A stretch of 64,000 nt of DNA from Felis catus (lineage: Eukaryota). Each line of letters starts with the position of its first letter. Position 1 is the first letter of the stretch. Below, one piece after another: positions 56,323 to 64,000 of this stretch. The notes under the pieces are model-generated. The model saw only the letters and a list, made by a program, of their open reading frames with translations, made no database searches and was not told the origin of the DNA. The translations under genes and the position numbers were made by a program. The stretch covers positions 40,610,001-40,674,000 of the forward strand of contig NC_058383.1 in assembly GCF_018350175.1 (NCBI RefSeq), in the 5' to 3' direction.

Positions 56323-59300
56323 TCAGTTCGGGACCAAAGCCCACAGCAGAGTCGGGACCGCAGTGAGCACAGGTCCGGGTCGGAGCAGGCGGACGCCCCC
56401 TGAGAGGGCCTCTGTACAGAGGGAGTGACTCAGACGCCCCATGCCGCTCCGCTCCGACCCCACCCAGCCGGCCACCCTGGCCCACCTCGGAAGCTGAGGT
56501 CCACGACCAGGTAGCCATTGGGGATGCCGCCTCGGAGCCCCAGGCCCAGACTGTCCAGGTCCTCCTGCCGCTGCCGTGAGATCCAATCCCGCACGGGGCT
56601 GCTCTCCCGCGCCGCCTTCAGGCCCACCAGGTTCGGACCCAGAAGGTTTCGGACCTCGGCAACGGTCAGCGGCTGCCAGAACCCCCAGGGGGCGGTCAAG
56701 GGCGCCCTGCCTCACCCACAGAAGGCTGCCGGGCTCTGCTCCGCCCAAACCTCCCGGCGCTTCCCTTCCCGGGCGCACAGAACCTGCCTTGGCCGCTCCA
56801 GGATTCGGCGCTCGCCCCGGCGCGAAGACAGCCCCTGCCTGGCCCCGCCCCTCCCGTGCCCCCGCCCCTGGGCCCCGCCCCGTGTGGCCCCGCCCCCGCG
56901 GCCCCGCCCCGCGGCCGTACCACCACTGCCTCAGGCCGCAGCGTCCGGAATGCGGCCAAGTCCATGCTTATGTTCTGACGGCTGAGAGCCCGCAGGTCCT
57001 CCGTGGGGGCCCCACCTGACCGCGGGGAGAGGGCCCCAAGCGTGAGACCTCGCAACAGCCCCCAGTCTTATCCCCTTCCCGGAGGCTGCAAGAAGCCGTC
57101 CTCCTTCCCCAAGATTCCCTTTTCCTAAGGACTTCCTGGGCCCCGGGTTCCCCTGGTGCCCATCTGACCCTCAGGGTGCGTGGAGAGGCCGGAGGTGGCC
57201 GCGGGAGCATCTGGGTCGGCTCAGAACTCACAGGGTCTCCACCTACACACACTCGTAAGGGCGCAGGGCACAGTGACCACCAGTCACACCAGCAGTGGCC
57301 TAGTGAGGCAGGAACTGGCGGCCCCTGCGTGGGGAACCTTGGCCATCACCGCCCCCTGGGTGTACCCTGGCTCACCCAGGTAGAGCTTCATCTTCTCGAA
57401 GTATTCAGACCCGCTCATGTTCTGGAAGGCAAGGCGGGCCTTGCGATAGAGTACGTCCATCTGGGCCGGACGGCATGCATCCAGATCCGGGGGCCGGGCT
57501 GCCCTGGAGAGGCAGCAGGGCCGGGACAGTGAGCCCAGGGCGCAGCGTGCCCACCACCCCCGGCGGACCTCTGGGACTCACCAAACAACGCTGTGGTGCA
57601 CTGACTCCAGCTGCTCAGGACTGAGGAAGCACAGGTACGTCGGATGGAAAGCGGCCAGTGTGTCCAGGGTGGCCTTGTCCAGCTGGCCCCCTCCCACCAG
57701 ATAGCGGGCAATCAGGGCAGCCACCTGTGGAAGGAGGCCACGGGTGCCTTGGGGCAAGGACCCACAATCCCCTGGGGTCTGCACGGCCTCACACCACCCG
57801 CTCCCTCCCTGTCACCTGAGCATCCATTTTGTGCCCTTTGCTGACTTCAAGAAGAGATTTCACGGTTTCCAGGGACATCACGTTCCACTTGTGGATGTCC
57901 TCGGGGGTGAGCTCAAGGAAGAAGTACCCGAGGTGCCGGACCAGGGACTCGGGGTACCCCTGTGGATAGAGCTGCCCGGGGAGGTGACTCGATGGATGGC
58001 TGGGGATGCTCCGGCGGGGTGGGCAGGTATGAGCCCCTCATGAACTACCTCGTCCAATTTGCGCTTAAAAACGCCCAGCTGCTGGTAGGTGAAGGGCACC
58101 ATGTTCACCCGGTCCATCTGAGCGGCCAGCAGGGCCCCATCTACACAGGCCTCCAGCTCCCAGGGCTCGTAGAAGACAAGGTTTTCATCCACCACACGGG
58201 CCCTCCGCTCTGGTGGGCAGGCTTTCTCTGCGGGGGCAGGCGGGGGATTGAGGGCTGGACGTCTCTTGTCAACCTCCTCCTCCCAAACCTCACGTAGACA
58301 GACCCTGGGCAATGCAGGACCCCCTCCAGGCCTCAGTTTACACATCAGCAGAATGGAGTGATTCTGTCCCTTCTCCGAGGTTGTCACCGTGGAGCAAGCC
58401 GAGCGGCCAGAAAGGGCCACGGGTATGGGCAGGTGTGAGCCCACGACCCTACCCCATCCCCGGGTCTCTTGACAGCCAGTGGGACAGGGTTTCCCACTTA
58501 CTCTCTGTGTCCCGCCGGTCCCTCGGGAGGAGGACGGTCAGCTCAGGCCGCTGCCAAGACAGGTCCCGGGAGGTGCCTTGCAGCCAGGGGGTCATGACAC
58601 CCTGAGGACAGAGCAGGGCTGTAGCTGAGCTGTGCATGGCCAGGGGTCCGAGGCCCCCTACCTGGGGCCAGACACCTTCCTCTGTCTCCCCAGAGGGAAC
58701 TTACCGGTCGTGAGTCTGCAGCCCGGACCCTGGAAGGTAGCACCCACCCTGCAGGGAAAGAGCATAAGGCTGGAAGGGACAGCCTGGGATTCCTGGGGTG
58801 CCTGCCACCGGCCCCCACTGTGTGTAGGAAGGAGGCAAAGCTGCTCCCCCAACACTGTGCTCCCCCCACAGACTTAGGCCCCTGCACCCCATGATGTCAC
58901 AGCCCACCCCACCCCAAGGGGCCCAGGCGTCCCTCATCCTCCTCCTAAGCCTTCACTGCTCCGGTCGAGGAGTTACCCTCTCCGTGGACACTCTCAGCTT
59001 GGCCTGAGCGCCCATCACTGCCCTGGCTCAGCTGCTAATGCTGCAGGGCGTGGAGGTCCAGCAGGGGGGCCGCCACAGTCACCTCTGGGGACAGAGACAC
59101 GGCTGACAGCCTGCCCAGGTCTAGGGCACCTACCTACAACTTGGGGCACCCATCTGGAACTCAGGGCACCTGTTCAGGACTCAGGGCACCCGCCGAGATT
59201 CGGAGCACCTGCCAGGACTCGGGCCACCTGCCCAGAACTTGGAACAGCTGCCTGACCTCAGGGCACCTGCCAAGGATGGGGGAGGGGGCACTGCCCACAG

Positions 59301-59486
59301 GCAGGGAGGAGGTGTGGGGCAATGAGAGCCTTTCTTGAGGCCCCTCAGCTGTTTGGGCCCCCACTACTTTGCAGCAGCACCCCCCCCACCACATTACTCA
59401 CCAAGGCTGAGAAGCAGGAGCAGGAGGCTACAGTGGGTGGGGGTCCCACGGGACCCCAGGGGAGGCAGAGCAGCCTGCAAGGCCAT
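56323..59486 (-). CDS. MSLN: Mesothelin (short form lacking the MPF body), 10 coding exons, 401 aa
   Basis: Exons (-): 59486-59402, 58748-58705, 58601-58502, 58227-58049, 57971-57816, 57724-57582, 57503-57376, 57015-56921, 56672-56486, 56411-56323 (1206 nt, phases consistent). Signal peptide MALQAALPPLGSRGTPTHCSLLLLLLSLGW, furin site RDRR, ACPP..FYEPWELEACVD, GGAPTEDL, GGIPNGYLV, hydrophobic GPI-type C-terminus. Confidence 0.95.
59120..59275. repeat. ~20-bp minisatellite (8 degenerate units, core actcagggcacctg) in the first coding intron of MSLN
   Basis: cacc(tg) cores at 59127, 59147, 59167, 59187, 59206, 59225, 59245 and 59264. Confidence 0.8.
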
Positions 59487-60962
59487 TGTCTGTGGAGGAG
59501 AGCCGCTCTGATATCCCCACCGTTTGGGTCAACAACCCCCCCATCCCCCTGACTACCCCCCCCCGCACCCCTCCTTTCCCCTCCAACCCACCTGCCTCAC
59601 CCTGGGCCAGTGCAGGGCCTTATGAGGCTGGACGGTCTCAGAGCCCCACACCGAACCTTCTCAGGCCCCTACAGGTGGCGTCTCTGCGGCCTCCAGCCCT
59701 GCTCTCAGGACTGACCTGTCCACCTGACCCGCCCCCTCCGGGAAGCTGGCCCCTCCTGCAGGGGGTGTTGAGTCGGAGTCAGCCAGGCCCCCAGCAGTGA
59801 GAGCCCAGGCGGGCAACTGGTTAGGGCAGGGCTGCCTCTGGCCCAGGCTGGCCTGATTCCACATTTGCACCAGAGCTGGGGATAGATTTGAGTGACCCCC
59901 CCCCCCCCAACCTGGGGCGTGGCCACTCTCTCCTCCCCAGCCTCCTGCTCCTGGCACCTGCCAGGCTTGTGCAAACCCAGGGCCCGGGTGGACAAGGCCA
60001 CTGAGGCCCACCTGCCCTCCTGCTTTCTCTCCTGAGGTCCCTCCCAAGACAGAGGCCTCAGTGTCTTGTGGGTACAACACCCCTTCTTACCTGCCAGTCC
60101 CTTGGGTGAGGCAGTGGGTGGATAGGGATTCTGGGGTGGTTCCCCTGCATTTTTAGAGTGGGGTTCAGGGGGCCTTGCCAGCCAGTGTGGGGTGTGGAAG
60201 TGGGTGGAGAGCCGCTTTCCAGGGAGTATTGTCCCAGGTAGGGTGGGGACCTGCGAGAGACCAAACCAGTGTAGGCCAAACTACATTCACCCCTCCCAGG
60301 GAGGGAGGCTGCCCGCCCTGGGCGTGGTGAGCGGAGACATCCCCTCCCCGCAAGCCTGCCTCCGTGCAAGCCTGCGTCAGCCCCACCCGGGGTCAAAAAT
60401 GAGGGGGGCGCACTCACCCATCAGCAACGCCTTTCAGCGGGGCGGGCGAGGAGCCTAGCGCTGGGGGTGTGTCCTGGGAAGTGGCCCCAGGTGAGCCTTC
60501 TCCCCTCCCCCCCTCCAGGTTCCAGGGGTGGCTCGAGAAAACCAGACCCCCAGACCAGTAAACGGGCAGTGGAGTGAGGGAGGACCCCACCCCTTGGATG
60601 GGTGAGGCCAGGTGGGCCCCTCCCCAGGCCCATGTAACCAGAGAACCCCCAGCACCTCAGATGGGGCTTCCCGGGAGCCCCTGCAGGCCACCTGGGCCCT
60701 GGAATCTACATCCCTCACATCTCCACCCCCAGACCCACCCCCGGAAGGCCAGGTTGGGGCCACAGAGGCACTTCCGCCGTCAGGTCTGCAGCTTCCGAAG
60801 TGGCCTGAGCTCGACCTGCAGTTTCAAGTCTGTTCCCGCCAGTCTGGAGTGCCCATGTTTGTGTGTGACGTGGAAACAGTCCCCAGCAGAGCTCTGTCTC
60901 CCTCTCTCCCTCTGCGAGCCTGCTCTCGAGCCTCCTTTTCTGTCCTGCATCGTTCCCTGGGC

Positions 60963-60993
<31 letters not shown>

Positions 60994-62377
60994 ACTCTAA
61001 CCCTGAGGCCTCTGTGACAGCAGCCACCTGGTCGCTGTCACCCTTCAACACCTACACACTGGCTCAGGGCCAACTGCATGCTGGGCCCTACTCAGATGCT
61101 GGCACATGCTAGAGCGGGCAAGGTTCGGGGCCCGTCCAGGGCCCTGGCAGTGGGGCCTGGCGACAGAGAGGCTGGCCCTGCCCCTGCCTTTCTGCCCCTA
61201 CCCTGCTGCCAGGTGGGGTCTGGGGTCTGAGCAGACCACAAGCTGCTCAGAGCGCAGAATGAGGCAGAGGTAGCTCTGCCTTGACAGATTAACGTCCAGC
61301 TCCTTCCCCCGGCCTGAGCATCAAGAGCTCAGAACTCGGGGCAGGCCAGCTGCCCCACCCAGCCCACCCCAGCCCAACCCCCACCCGCCATCTGGTCTTC
61401 AAGTGACAGAAAATGAAGTCAGACCACATTCCCAACTTCAGGTCCTTCTGGTGCGAGTTGGCAGGGGAGCCGGACAGGTTCTGGGTCTTCCACGCATGGT
61501 CATTTAGTCAGCCCCAAGCACAGACACGCTGTGCAGCCAGCCCTGGGTCACGCGGTGTGGCCGGAGCAGCTGGCACTAGGGCAGAACTGACCTTGAGGAG
61601 AGTTGGGGGGGGGGGGGTCCTCACACTCGCCGAGGGCAAGGACCTTGGAAGGGGGCATCTGTGGTGGCAGGGGTCGGGTTGCCCCCCCCAGCCTGCTTCT
61701 TTGGGGTGGCCAGGGTCCCTCCCAGGTGGGCCCTGGGACCAGCCTTGGCTAACCCCCGCTCCCACTCAGACTTGGCTAGAGGTGCCAGGAGTGCTGATGG
61801 ACGTGACCCCACCCTCACCTCCCCAGGCATGTTCCTGCGGGTGACCCAGACCCCAGCTGGGCCGTTGTCCCCACCCCACGTGGATGAGGCCATGGTCAGC
61901 CCCTTTTGGCCCTGGATACTGGGCTGGGCCCCAGGACACCCTGGGAAAGTCCCCTGGGAACGTCCCCTAGTGCCAGTGGGCCCTGCACTGTGGTTCTTTC
62001 AGGGCGATCGACCAAACCCGAGCCTCCTTTGCCTTGGTTTCCTCAACCCGGAAGTGAGGTGGCCAAGAGTCCGGCACCCCTCAGGTCAGTCGAGCCAAAC
62101 AAAGGAGGCCTTGCCAGCTGGGAGCAGGCCGCTCCTGTCTCAGGAATGTGGGGGGCAGTCACCCGGGAGCGGGGGGGGCCCAGGTGGAGAGCAGCCCCAG
62201 CCTGGGCCTCCCCTGGGGGGGCGCGGGCATGTACCAGGCTCGAGTTGGGAGCTGACGCCTTACTTCACAGCGTCTCACTGCCCCATTTCTCGTGCCGTGA
62301 GACGAGGCTCAGTGGGCAAGGGTGGGTCCCCCACCTGGTGCCGCCACAGGATCTCTGCAGGCCGCCCCACTAGTCCT

Positions 62378-63090
62378 GACACCGGCGAGGACGCGGAGAG
62401 AGAGGATCTCTTTGGCACTGCTGGTGGGAATGCTGGCTGGTGCGGCCACTCTGCAAAACGGTATGGAGGCTCCTCAAAAAATTAAAGGTAGAACTACCCT
62501 ACGACCCAGCAATGGCACTGCTAGGCATTTATCCAAGGGATACAAGTGTGCTGTTTCGAAGGACACGTGCACCCCCATGTTTATAGCAGCACTATCGACA
62601 ACAGCCAAAGTATGGAAAGAGCCCAAATGTCCAGCGATGGATGAATGGAAAAGAAGATGTGGAATATATACACGATGGAGTATTACTCAGCAATCAAAAA
62701 GAATGAAATCTTGCCATTTGCAACTACGTGGATGGAACTGGAGGGTATTATGCTCAGTGAAATTAGTCAGAGAAAGACAGATATCATAGAACTTCACTCA
62801 TATGAGGACTTTAAGACACAAAACAGATGAACACAAGGGAAGAGAAACAAAAATAATATAAAAACAGGGAGGGGGACAAAACACAAGAGACTCTTAAAGA
62901 CAGAAAACACACTGAGGGTTGTTGGAGGGTTGTGGGGGGGGGGATGGGCCAAATTAGTGATGGGCATTAAGGAGGACACTCGTTGGGTTGAGCACTGGGT
63001 GTTATACACAGGGAATGAATTACTGAAATCATTATTGCACTATATGCTAACTAACTTAGATGTAAATTTAAAAATTAATTAAAAGAAAGG
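62378..63090 (+). mobile_element. Carnivore L1 3' end (ORF2 C-terminus, 3' UTR, A-rich tail)
   Basis: TCTPMFIAALSTTAKVWKEPKCP and IYTMEYYSAIKKNEILPFATTWMELEGIMLSEISQ in the ORF track. Confidence 0.95.
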
Positions 63091-63123
63091 AAGAAAGACA
63101 AAGACAAAAGAAAGTTCCATCCA

Positions 63124-63488
63124 GGGGTGCCTGGCTGGCTCAATTTGTTAAGCGACTAACTTCAGCTCGGCAGCTCAGTCATAATCTCGCGGTTCATGAG
63201 TTCCAGCCCTGCATCGGGCTCTCTGCTGGTCAGCACAGAGCCCACTTCAGATCCTCTGTCTCTCTCTCTCACTCTGCCCCTCCCCTGCTCTCCCTCTCTC
63301 TGTCTCCTAAAAGTAAAAATAAATATTAAAGGGGTGCCTGGGTGGCTCAGTCAGTTAAGCGTCCAACTTCGGCTCAGGCCATGATCTCGCAGTTGATGAG
63401 TTCGAGCCCCACATCAGGCTCTGTGCTGACAGCTCGGAGCCTGGAGCCTGCTTCAGATTCTGTGTCTCCCTCTCTCTCTGCCCCTTCC
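63124..63488 (+). mobile_element. Two tandem CanSINEs (63124-63330; 63331-63488, truncated by the gap)
   Basis: Two ggggtgcctgg(c/g)tggctca heads, each followed by a SINE body. Confidence 0.9.
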
Positions 63489-63658
63489 NNNNNNNNNNNN
63501 NNNNNNNNNNNNNNNNNNNNNNNNNNNNNNNNNNNNNNNNNNNNNNNNNNNNNNNNNNNNNNNNNNNNNNNNNNNNNNNNNNNNNNNNNNNNNNNNNNNN
63601 NNNNNNNNNNNNNNNNNNNNNNNNNNNNNNNNNNNNNNNNNNNNNNNNNNNNNNNNNN
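63489..63658. other. Assembly gap (170 N)
   Basis: Run of N. Confidence 1.
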
Positions 63659-64000
63659 ACTGAAACATTCCGGACAAATCGTAAAAACCAAGTCCCTGAG
63701 GGTCCTGGGGAAGGAAGGAAAGCTAGCAGAATTTGGAGGGGAATTGACACTGACGGAGGAGAGCAGCAGGGAGGAGGTCTCCCTCTGCGTATGTAGCTTT
63801 GCCCTGAAGACACTCAGAGGCAGGGCCCCCGTGATCGGGCTCCAGCAGAGATCCCACCATCTTTCTGGCTGAAGGAGGAAGGAGCCTAGGATTAGCAGAT
63901 CCCAGAGAAAAAGTGAAGAATTCTGAAAGAGAGCCTGGGGAGGGGACCCCAAATTCTGTGTTTGAACTCTACCCAGGTCTCTTGCTGACCCCTGAATCAT

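Noticed and set aside
59120-59275. CRISPR-like array
   Set aside because: Eukaryotic minisatellite with contiguous degenerate units and no unique spacers.
63342-64000. ORFs spanning the N run
   Set aside because: Artefacts of the assembly gap and SINE sequence.

Overview
GC-rich mammalian genomic DNA, almost certainly from a felid (tRNA-derived CanSINE/SINEC_Fc-type SINEs, carnivore L1). It is syntenic with human 16p13.3 in reverse orientation. I reconstructed five intact protein-coding genes by hand, with GT-AG boundaries and exon phases checked throughout: GNG13 (+, 67 aa), CHTF18 (-, 22 exons, 979 aa), RPUSD1 (+, 302 aa), MSLNL (+, 15 exons, 704 aa) and MSLN (-, 10 coding exons, only 401 aa). 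The first ~32 kb has no recognisable coding gene. It contains old L1/MaLR/ERV relics, young SINEs, a CTCF-like site and two orphan CpG-island-like promoters with candidate first exons. The most striking observation is that MSLN has cleanly lost all exons for the megakaryocyte-potentiating factor (MPF) body: the signal-peptide exons splice in frame across a 103-bp intron directly onto the furin-site exon. The tail-to-tail paralog MSLNL keeps an intact MPF-like domain plus a furin site. Nearly all long ORFs in the six-frame track outside these exons are GC-rich noise. An assembly gap lies at 63489-63658.
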